Assembly: GCA_022813865.1 (NCBI GenBank)
Contig: JALDZX010000115.1
Location: 1-34,050, forward strand
DNA: 34,050 bases
Origin: Xylographa opegraphella
Lineage: Eukaryota
Direction: 5' to 3'
The translations under genes were made by a program, and so were the position numbers. The notes under the pieces were generated by a model that was not told where the DNA came from, did not search any database, and worked only from the letters and a program-made list of their open reading frames with translations. Position 1 is the stretch's first letter. Every line of letters begins with the position of its first letter. Below, piece by piece: positions 23,331 through 34,050 of the stretch.

Positions 23331-24973
23331 GGTGGCGATTGGTCGGAAGAGTTTTCGGCGGGTGTGGTGGGTTGGTTGTCTGGGACTGGACGACGGAGGA
23401 GAAGGTCTACTGAAAATACTGTGGTGAAGATGAGTGGGATTGAGATGTCTGGTGATTTGGGAGCGGACGAGGGGCCCGCATTATAGGAGGTATCGCTGAG
23501 GGCACGACGGTGAGGTGAGACTGCTGGGGATAAAGACGATGGTTCAAGAACGGCATTGTCTAGCGAAGTCTCTCACTGAAACTTCTTTCTGGCTTGGAAA
23601 ATCAATAGACATGGTCCATCAACAGATGCTTATTCAAACGACAATGTGCTTTCGGGAACAATTGGCTTATTTGCATCGTCCCTTTATCGATGAAAGAGAA
23701 CGAAACGACATAAGCCCGTCAAAATGGACTTGTCTCACACACAAAGGAACGTTATCGAGACAGCAACGACAAAGCCGCGAAGAAACAGGATTCCGGTTGA
23801 CCACAGCCAGCTCCGGCGCTGGTACTCGCACGATGGTGAGGTCGTGGCCTTGAACCGCCCATCAATCCATATCGCGCAGCTCCTTCACACATTCTACCTT
23901 TCAACCTCGTATGCCCGGCCACGACTTCACCCCATAAGCCCCAAACCCACATCTACCGCGGAGACAGTAGCCTGCCATCCAAACCCCAGAGTCAAGTCCA
24001 CAACCCATCTGGCAGACTGACGGAGACTTATGCCCGCCTCTCCAGTCGTTATCACCTTCCCTCATCCCCCCAGTCAATTAAAACTCTCTTATACACATCC
24101 CTACCCCATCGCCATACCTACAAAGTACATAGCGCATCTCTCCCTCCACAGAGCCACCCCATCCAGCTATACACAACAACCGACAGTCGAGAAGCCCTAC
24201 CAGCCCAGCCACCATAAAACCGAAAACATGCAAGAATCGTGCTTATATAATGGATCACGTTGCAAAACCAGCGGCCTGTATATTCCGTAGCCTCGTAGTA
24301 GAATTGGGACCGTAAACTGGGCGTCGAGGGACTAGATCTGGACTGGATCTGGAGTCCCTCACATCAAGCCGCATCGAGCGATGTTGATACAGCCATCGTA
24401 GAATGTCATCGTCTCTCCATGAGGTCGGGACATTGATAGGGATGATGGCACCCACCCATGTATGTACATACAGTAGTCGAGCTTCGACATGCTATCCCAT
24501 CCGCTGTGGCCATCCGATGCACGTAGATTGATCAATCACTCCGCGAACAGAGGATCGAGTATCGTGGTTCCAGAGGACGGGAAAGAGCACGGATGTAGTC
24601 TAGTCTTATGTATACCATATAACACAAGAACATAGGGTACTGGGATCGCAGAGGAACCATGCGACGGAAGGGTAGTCACTCGGAGGCATCGGCAAATCAG
24701 GAGAGAGAGACCTGGTTGGTGGTTTGGAGGACATCATTCCATATTTCCCATCGGCATTTGCATCGCAGTGACTAGGGCGACCGACCATACGATGCTGCAA
24801 GGCATGCAATTTGCAATTCTAGGATATCTATAGACACAAACGCTTCTAGGGGTATAACGAACCGTAATCATAATCATCACCCCAAGACACAAGCATAACC
24901 GTCCCACGGCACCCGCACGCTGCACGACCAGGAGTTCTGCACAGCAGTTGCACGCCCCGGCTACATCCTACGA

Positions 24974-27900
24974 CTACTTCTTGCTCCAAACCTTCTTCAC
25001 TGCCCTCATGCCTGGAAGCGTTTCCGACCGACCAGGGGTTCGACCAATCTCCACCACGAGGAATCGCACAAAGTCTTGCAAGACCCAATAACTGCTATGC
25101 GCACCAAGCATGTTAAGATATTGGATCTCAAGGGGGCCACCTCCGCTGCTGAGGAAATAGTCAATCTGGCCGTTGTCGTTGAGCAAATACATCTTCTGCT
25201 CGGCCATTTCCTCAAGTGTGAAATTGTGAGTCTCCATTTCCATTGTGGAAGGGAGCTTCCCCACTGTTGGACGAGCAATAAGAATCTCAACGCTAGTCTT
25301 GTGTACCGGCGCTGCAGATTTGCCTCGAAATACATACCCAATGGTCTGCAGCCATGTCGAAGTAGCACTAGGCACTGCAGCTGGTTGAAGAGACCTGGAG
25401 TAATCAACATCCACACAAGCATTGATCCGATATGCTATCGGATCATTATAGTGCATGATGTTATAGACGTTATCGACAGCGAGACATCCATAAGTACCTG
25501 CTTCAGCAGTTATGCTCGGTCGTAGATCTTCCCCGTCCGACCCTGGCTTTACCCGGCCTCTTCGAGGGACCAGAGGAGCATGGTTGAGAAGCAAGAAAAA
25601 TCCTGCTGGACTGCCACAGAAGAAGAGGTTCTTGGTATCAAACTCAAACATATGGCGATGGATCTTCTTGTTGGTCAGGTCCAGATGTTCTGGCAACTTC
25701 GTTGGCTGTCTGCTGAGAATATCTAATGCCATCACACTGCCAAGAGAGTGTGCAATAAGATGAACTCTACCAGTCTCCCGGAATCCTGGATTGTTGTGGC
25801 ACCATAACCGGTATATCCGGTTTGCTTCCTTGATGACCGCTTCTATCATCTTTGGCTTATGATGCGAAAGATAGTACGGGATGTCCAGCATCACGTCGCT
25901 GATAAGATTACGAACAGCAGGTATTGTCTCGGCAGTAATATCTTTGAGGCTAAACTCCTTTGGCGACGATTCGTTGTCTCGAGCATTTGAATCTGAACTG
26001 GGTCCTCCGTCCTCAAATGACAAGGTCGAGCGCCAATTTACCTAAAAGCCAGATCAGTATTGTTGATAGGGGTTGTTGGTAATCAGATTCACCGGTAAAA
26101 CCATCATTCCACCCAAGTCTTGGCGCAGCCATGGCTGTACAGCTTCGGATTCTAATTCGACGTTCAGCTGTCTCCGAAACGCGTTGATTGCATGGGTGAA
26201 GTGATACGACTCAATTCGTTCGGAGAGCTTTTGCCCAATTCTACGTCGTAGAGCAAAATCAGTACAGTACGCATGTGCAGTGTAATTGAGAACATACCCA
26301 TGAATTACTAGAACTAAGTCTGTAACTTTCGGTCGTTTTTCTCCAGCCAAACATGCCGGGCAAGCATCACGTTCAGCAGTTGTCGCGGCGGCACCCGACT
26401 GAGATGCTATAGCACCAGCCTGGGCTTTCTTCGCAGTTGAACTCTTCTTCTGCGGATAAAGCTTGTCCCATGCCTTCTGTTCAAACCCACGCACAACCGG
26501 GAGACCTATGCTCCGACCTTTTAATATAGCACCAAGTGGCTTTCGACCACGAGCAGGTGAAGGTAGCAAATTCGGGCTCAGAATCTGAGCATCTCGTCCG
26601 TTCGAATATATCACACCCGACTTTGCGTATAGTCGTACTACGTCCTCTCCTTGACCCTCGGTTTCAAGGTCGCCCGCAGCTGCATTCTCTGACCTTGAGG
26701 CCCGTTCGGCAGCCTCTTTGCGAGCCTTCTCTTCGGGTGTGAGAGGGACGGGTTGGACTTTACGTACAGTCCTACCTTTCTTGCTCGTTTCTGACGTGCT
26801 GCTCTGATTATTAGACTCTTCAGACGGCCATAGCTTCTGAACGATCTTCAATTCAGCTTCTGCTCCAAATTCTAAACAACTTTTACATTCGTCCCTGTAG
26901 CTTTGCGTCCATGGCCGCATATATTCATATCCCTCTTCCAATTGATTGGCTACGTCGGCTTCTACAGGGCGCATAGTATCTTTGTAGAACCAAGTACCAC
27001 GAACCACATTTGAAACGTCATGTACGGGACTCCAATATATCGGTTTCATCTAGTGACATTAGTCTGTGATAATATGTGAAAATCAAAAATCTTGCCTGCA
27101 GGAGTGGCATTTCCACCAGATGAAGACGTGACAAACCGACGGGCACGTATGCTTTCTTTCCCTTGTTTTCTTTGGCTACATCGTACTGGCCGGGTCTTTT
27201 CTGCCCTTCCATGTCTTCAGATTCGGATTTGGTAGATCTTTGTGAATGAAACTTTCCGAACATCGGTCTTGAAGTCATACTAAGTCTTGCTCCTTCATCA
27301 TCACTCGCAGCGTAAGCACCATCATGTTGAGACGTAGCTACCTGACGACTGGGGGAAGGTGCTCTGAGAAAAGGATTTCCGGTAGTATTTCGTTCAGAGG
27401 GACTCGACCCGTAGGGATTCGCAATCGGCTTTGATTTATGCCTTGAAGAACTCCGGGATGCTTTTGGGGACGTTTTTGACTTCTCAACCTTTTCTTTCTT
27501 ATGACTCTGCTTACGATGGAAGATACTACGATGCCGCTTCTCAGGAAAACCTGCTTCGAACTCACTGTCCGCAATCTCATCTGACCCAGTTGCCATAGTT
27601 TCGTCGAACGGTACATGTCGAGGATCGTCACATAAAAGAACATGAGGGTCACATTCGGACTGAGAGTTTGTGGTTCCTATCAGGGCTGGTTTTGTTTGTG
27701 AAGTAACCACAAACGAAACGTGTTCGGGATCGTCGCAGCTGACCGGTTGATATATGTCCACGTCATGGTGAGGCTTTACTGGGCCCAAAAGCGGTGACGA
27801 TGACCCGACCTTTTGCCATGAAGATATGTGTTCAGGGTCGTCAAGAGGAACTTCGACGGTTGTCCCTTTTCCACTTTCGACATCTGACGAAGCGTTATCC

Positions 27901-28523
27901 GAGACACGTGTCATGGTCGACAATTTTGATTTCTCCATAATAATAGCGTGTGTTCCATTTTGTAGATTGACATTGTTGTCAGCGGAGTCAGACATCTTGG
28001 TTTCCTTCACTATCTGCGCTACTTTATCCACGGCTGAATCACCCTCCTGAGCTTGAGAGGATCCAGCCTCGGTGACTATGCTTGGCGACACTTTCTCCGA
28101 CGCCTTAGACCCATGGCCGTCGACTTTGCCTTTCGCAGTCAAGTCATGACAACGCGGTCCATGGCCATGAACTTTGCACTTTGACTCTATATCATGACAT
28201 AGCGGCCCGTGGCCGTGTGTTTTCTTGCCACGTACTGTTCCTTTCTCTTCGGCCTTTCGTAAACCTTGCCAAGCTTCTTCCAAAGCGGCATTGTCATAGG
28301 TGGAGAAAGGACGTGGGTGAACTTTTGACGACGCGGATGGAGAACTTGTCGACAGGGCAGGAAGTGGAGATAGAGGATCGTCGATAGGTAACGTGGAGCT
28401 GTAGAAGAAATGGGACTTGATCTGCGGTGGTTCGTCGGAAAGTTCAGAGGCCTTGCGCGTAAATTTATTGAAGTCTTCGTGGAGGACACAGGATGGACCA
28501 TAGGAGTGGACAGGCACAGCCAT
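24974..28523 (-). CDS. DDL1: DDHD-domain phosphatidic-acid-preferring phospholipase A1, ~1131 aa; exons 28523-27096, 27049-26298, 26240-26093, 26041-24974
   Basis: MKPIYWSP/VRGTWFY, LVLVIHGIGQK, LPVNWR, DVMLDIPYY, lipase elbow AHSLG, FFCGSP, NIMHYNDPIAYR, GAHSSYW; three introns (46, 57, 51 nt) give 3396 nt in frame. Confidence 0.93.
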
Positions 28524-29445
28524 TTTAGTTTGGCTACCGTCATCAGCAACAGAGAGACCAAAACAACAGATAAGCTTACGACCGTGTCGAGCCCGCCAGC
28601 AGGCAAGAGAAGCATGAATCCCGAGCACCAATTTATGTCTGTGGTGAACAGTGGGGTGGGGTGTCAGTTATGACTGGTCAAGTAAGCTTCGAAATCGATG
28701 TGCAAACCACAGTAGGTGGTTGATCTGAAAGAAAAGAATAAAATGGATTAGTGCTATAGAAGAGAAGGGAGAAGTCATCGTAAAGAATGAGTTGATAACG
28801 TGATAATTGTAGTGATGCAAAGGAGGAAGGCATGACCAAATATCCTAGCGGAAGTGACGTTGCCGGGTTCCTAGACGAAGTCCCTCGCAGTTAGCGATAC
28901 GTAGGTACTTCGTAATACTTTGAAGCCATTGTAGTCATTACTGCTTGCATTACTCCGGTATTGAATCGGTCTGCGCCGTTCAGTGACACGAAAGTAATGT
29001 ACACAAAGGCATACTGCCATATCAAGGAAATGATGGCGGGTGGTGAGGATTACTACCGCGACTAAGTTCTGCCTACAACTTATTGCGAAGTGCTTATATG
29101 ACGTGCTTTGCTACAATCTCATTCTTCGATAGTCCTACATCAAACAATCCCGTCCCTAAGGTATCCATGCTAGCGTCCCTGCAAGCCCTAGCCCTAGTCT
29201 AATGCATTGACTTGGGTCGTCAACAGCAAACGCTTCCAGGTGAAAAGAGAACTAAGAGAGTGGATAGGTAGCTACGGGAATCCGATGTCTCCTAGTCGAA
29301 GGATGCCTATTCCATATCTCAATGTGTGTTTTAAGAATAGGGGCCAATGTCACGCTTTCCATTAGCAAACCTGACATATCCGGGAGAACATATGGAACCA
29401 AGTGTTAGAGAGACTACACGGTTGTCGCAAATGAGAATATAGCTC

Positions 29446-30665
29446 CTATCCTCCCATCTCATCTCCTGCGGCCGACTGTAGATCCTGTAGTTTGACAAAC
29501 ATATGCTCTGGTGCTCCAAGCAGCTCAAGGATATTCAGGATGTTATAGAGATAGTTCCGTATCTCAACATCGGGATTACAGAGAGTGCGGCGACTGAGTC
29601 TCGCAGCCAATGCCATCCAGCCAGTAAGCATTGCATCTATACGAAGATAGTCGCCTTGTGCAAGCCCATGAAATCGGAGCGTTGTTAGGTTTGCCTTCAT
29701 GATGGATAGCTGCGTCTCGAAGTCAAACATGAAATCCTTGGGTTTGGAACGACCGGACTTGCTCCATCTCTCCATTATCTTCACTACAGACTTCTTATCC
29801 AATCTGGACTCTTCAGACTCAATCATAAGATACCCGTTTATGGTGGTCATCAGCATGAGTTCCAATTCGGCATATAAACGTGCCTGAGTCATTGCATCAA
29901 GAGAAATAGTACGCGGGCACACTGGGGGATCTTCACGATCAAAAGAACGCGAATCCTTCTAACTCATATTAGACGTGACAAGTCTGGGTAGACTTGCGCC
30001 GAGAACTAACAAGCTTCTCAATTTTTGCTTTTGCCTGACTGAGAACTCGTCTTGCAATGTCTCGCTTCCTTTCCTTTGGTTGTGGAGCATCGAGTAGTAC
30101 CCTCCCATGTCCCATTACTGCTCCTCTTGTATTCATCTCGTCCATTGGTGGTCGCGACAGGATTCCGTTCTTCCCGAATAGCTTATTTTTGGAGAATTCG
30201 TCCCGAATTTTGTTCATGTTGGCTATATAAGCCAATGCCTCCTGGTTGCTTGCCTGTTCACTACTAAAATTAACATGTCAGTCAGTTTCTAGCATCGAAG
30301 TGACGCTCATAATCTCGGACGGTGTCGTAGACGTCGACTTTGTATCATACCTAGTCAAGGACCACTGAAAAGAGGATCTATCGCTGTCGGAAGAGCTGCT
30401 ACGGTTGAAGACAGTGGTGGTGGTATGGTAACCATGTTGTCGAGCATGCTGCTCTGTTCTCATTCGGTACAGTAGACTTTTGTGCCTCGGGAATCCTAGC
30501 GCATTTGTTGAAGAGTGGTAGATTTCTATCATTTGAATCATAGGTTTAGACCTATGATTTTTTGGAACTGTTTTCAAAAGTTAGTTTTCCCAAATCCAAA
30601 AGGAGTTTCAGTCTTATTAGTCTACCTGAGTGGGTCTTCATCGTGCGATCAATGGCTGAAGACAT
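29446..30665 (-). CDS. Conserved fungal hypothetical protein, ~340 aa; predicted exons 30665-30626, 30567-30351, 30263-30011, 29958-29446
   Basis: Three GT-AG introns with CTAAC/CTGAC/CTAAT branches join four ORF pieces in frame (1023 nt); C-terminal ISLD..TQARLYAELELML...W...F.FD..TQ...LRFHG resembles an uncharacterised Pezizomycotina family (from memory). Confidence 0.75.
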
Positions 30666-31616
30666 GGGATTCACGTTTTCAGATTGAAGAGGAATTGTGG
30701 GCAAAGATATCAGTCTAGAAGAATCGGAGCATGTAGATGAGTGATCGGCAGATACGAAGTACAAATGCTCGAAGAATCAGAAGGCCAGTCACTATACTGT
30801 GAAGGAGGTGAAGCAAAGTGACCGAAAAAGAGTTCAGGGATGTGAAGTGGTGGCAGCCCGTTTCACTTCGCAGACACAGAATCTCTGGCAAGTAGAACTT
30901 CACAGGATCTGTTATGATCGGAGTGTAAAGACGTATAATTGAGGGACAGTGGGACACGACGTGCACAGAATCGGAGTATAAGGTTAGTGTTATAATATTG
31001 GAAATAGAAGCACACAACAGCAACGTGTTCAGACAAAAACCTTGAATGTGAAGAGATCGTAGCTTGTTCGCATTTCGCACAAGCGGAATTTAGTTGTCTT
31101 TGGCTACTAGCACATTAGGGTCACCTCGATCGTCACTTCATAGGTATAGAAGAGAAATGATCGTTTCACAGGATTTGCACATAACCTAGTTGACGTTTTC
31201 ACTAGGTTGGCCTCCTGCGACTCCATCAGTTTCTGTCCATCGCATACGTTACACATTCCGTCCTCGGTGTACCATGATTGTTGCTGTGTATCTTGATACA
31301 CTGGTCATTACCGGCATATTCAACATGGAAAACGTGCCATTTCGTTAGTCAGCAAAATACCCAACAAGTGTTTCTTCTCAATCGTGACTTCTGACAGGTC
31401 CTGGCTAAACAACTGTGGACTGAGACAATCCCTGATCGTCCAATAAGTCTTGAACCATCATACGCATATCAAAAATCTGTCAAAGCCAAAGCTAACCTGG
31501 TTGACGAACTGCAACACGAGGTGAGGTATTGAACACAAGTTCACTTAAAGATGCTGATATTCTGACAGCCAGATTGAGAACGACACTTATCAGCTGTGCA
31601 ACCACGATCTAACCAC

Positions 31617-34050
31617 TCAGAAATTTATCTCAGAAGTCTTTGGTGTCCAAAGATGTGGTTGCTGAATGTATACCTGTTTCACTTTGTGCTGCGTGACTAC
31701 AACATTCTCTGGACGACGACGTGGCCCAAGGCCAAACTCTTCAGGGTCAAATTGGCCTTCAACTTGACAAGGTCGCACATTTTCCATCATTTCTTGGGAA
31801 GGAGTCATTGGGTCTGGTGCACGGCGAGGTCGAAGCTGCACCTGTGCCTCACCAGGCACGTGCAAACCATACTCTCGGTTTCTCTGGGCTACATCGACTC
31901 GTGGCCTAGGTGCAAAGAAACTGGAGTCATCAAAATCATCATCCGGAACTGGTCTGAAAATGCGGCGACGATGGAGTATAGTCTTTTCTGGCGACTGCAT
32001 ATTATTGGTGCTATTCAATAACGGGAAGGTCAGTTCTGGTAACAGAGGTGTGAGGCGACGGTCTGCAGGTTCGACAGTGTCATCAGAATCTTTATCCTGA
32101 ACTTTATCAGCAGCACGACGGCCATGGGTAATAGTCGATTCTGACAATTCTATGTGATCGGTGATATTCGATCCGGGCGGCCAAGGGGTCGGGCGAGGAC
32201 GACGGCAACGGTGTACAGGGACGACGGTATCATCGGAATCCTCATCCGAAGACGGATTACCATCCTGACCACGATTGCCGGTATTCGAGTTTGACGACTG
32301 CATAGGGTTCAAGATACTCGAATCTCGGAACTGAATGTGATCCGTGCTATTCGATTCTGGCAAAACAGTGATCGATTCTGGCAGTGGAGACGAAAGCGGA
32401 CTATTCTGCGGGTCAATGCCGGTTTTCACTCCGTGATGTGCAGAAGTTTTGATCGATCCCGTCTCATTCTGCATTCCCAAACTCTTAACCCGCTTTTTGA
32501 CTGCTGGGGTCGTTACGGCAAATTGAAAATACCTTTGATTAATCCCCGAGGCTTCATGTCCAGCTCGTCCCTTTAATGCAGCTGTATGCTCCTCCGGGGT
32601 ACGATAGTGCACACGCGAGTCTAATTGTGTGGTTCGTTCGACGAAATTAGGTGCTAGCGTTGGGGTTGGCGTTCTGAATGTGGTGTTCTCCTCCTCTACG
32701 GTTGCGAGCGGAGGCCCAGAACCTAGGCCTGTGCCTGAGTCTTCTGCCACGGCGACTTGCTGACTCTGCACGGTTACAGTCCTCGAGTTCTTCGTCCGAC
32801 TCGATTTCAAGGAGATATTCGACATTGACTTCTTCAATGCAACAAGACCACGAACAATTCCAGATCCACGAACAGGCGGCCCCGCAGGAGCACCAGAAGA
32901 CTGATCACATGGTGGATTTACGGAGTCTTGAAACGTGGGAGCTTCGTGTTCAAAGTCCTCCCAAGGCGTAATCTCTTTGATTTGTGCCTGTTTTGCTTGT
33001 TGTGCTTCTGTCACTGGACGATATGCATTGGCAGATAGAAAATTCGCAACCTTACGCTGGTGGCTGATGTATCGTATTGGCTTCATTTTCTTCACGAACT
33101 CAGCATTTGCCATTTCTTTGGTCCTATTCACGGATCCTGGCACTTCAACCTCCGCTTTGTAACGTTGCTTACGAGCATTTTTGGCACTTTTTAAGCCGAA
33201 CCCCCGAGGTCGAATTACCTTTGGATCAGGTTGTGTTGCGCAATGTTCACCCGCAGAGGAGTTTGGGATAGTTCTCAAATCTTGCGATAAGTAGTGTAAG
33301 TTCACATCTGGTCCCTGAACGCCTTCTGCCACAGCGGCGATGCTTATGAGATTGTCCGTGTTGCCAGGAGATACGGGATTGTTATAACGTTGTAAATGAG
33401 TCTTAGCGTTCGCGATCAGACTGGCGGAGGTCTTCTATGAAAATGGTCAGTATCACCAATTCATTCCTAGCAGTGGGGCACACTTACTATTTTGCGCCCG
33501 TATTCACCTCGCCAGCTGTTCCATTGAGGGGACTCGTCGCCGTGAACAAGGTCGACGTCTTGGAATTGCATAATATCATGAAAAACAGCAAGTGCTTTTG
33601 AAAGGTCAACAAACCCATAGCGATGGTTCAATTTACGGTACACTTCTTCGATGCCCTGCGTGAGCTCATATTTCATGGGTAACTGCATTCTGATTCCCAA
33701 CTCCAACGTGATAAAGTCATGACAATCTTCAAGTTCAAAATCAACTTGGTCAACAATTGAGGACCAATCTGCGGCCTTGGCTTCCAGGTCCGCTCTACTC
33801 GTCGGTATATCTATGAAGTCGCTCAGCCAGTCAGAGACCGTAGCCTCGGGGGCAAATATCTGAGGTGTGCCCTTGGATGCATGAGGTAAAAGTCCCGGTA
33901 ATACTGGTAAGCCAAGTGGAGCTTCGTGTTCCTCCTCTGAAGGAGGGTCCTGACAACTTGTGAGTTCTCAAGACATCCGATCTCGGGGGTAGACTTACTG
34001 TGCATAAACTGATAGCGTCGGAATATTCATTTTGATCCCGAACAAATACA
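31617..34050 (-). CDS. Large hypothetical protein, 5'-partial; exons >34050-33999, 33949-33488, 33434-31617
   Basis: ~1.8-kb open terminal exon; two GTAAGT..AG introns (33998-33950, 33487-33435) keep the frame open to the window edge; low-complexity Ser/Pro/Asp-rich C-terminal half. Confidence 0.75.

Noticed and set aside
28524..28631. Upstream extension of DDHD exon 1
   Set aside because: Non-ATG start; the first ATG in good context (AAAATGG) is at 28523

Overview
Eukaryotic DNA from a filamentous ascomycete, shown by short GT-AG introns with CTRAY branch points. The MEP-alpha/plant-AMT2-type ammonium transporter hints at a lichen-forming or related lineage (inference). Gene order: GC-rich repeat-bearing left end; intronless FAD-dependent monooxygenase (+); divergent ATP-citrate lyase pair ACL1(-)/ACL2(+); frameshifted SRR1-domain gene (-); GFA/CENP-V Zn-binding gene (-); a gene-poor stretch with interrupted ORFs; class 1 DHODH-like flavoprotein, probably dihydrouracil-oxidase type (-), head-to-head with DNA polymerase delta subunit 4 (+); MEP-alpha ammonium transporter (-) with a GATA-site promoter; small Cys-rich ORF (-); DDHD phospholipase A1 (-) with a GC-AG intron and His/Cys repeats; a conserved fungal hypothetical (-); a large repeat-containing hypothetical (-) running off the right edge. 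No tRNA, rRNA, CRISPR or transposase was recognised. Exon models were built by eye from splice signals and frame arithmetic, and family calls rest on remembered motifs, not database searches. The best candidate for an undescribed system is a possible nitrogen-scavenging neighbourhood (class 1 DHODH-like enzyme plus MEP-alpha permease), which remains speculative.
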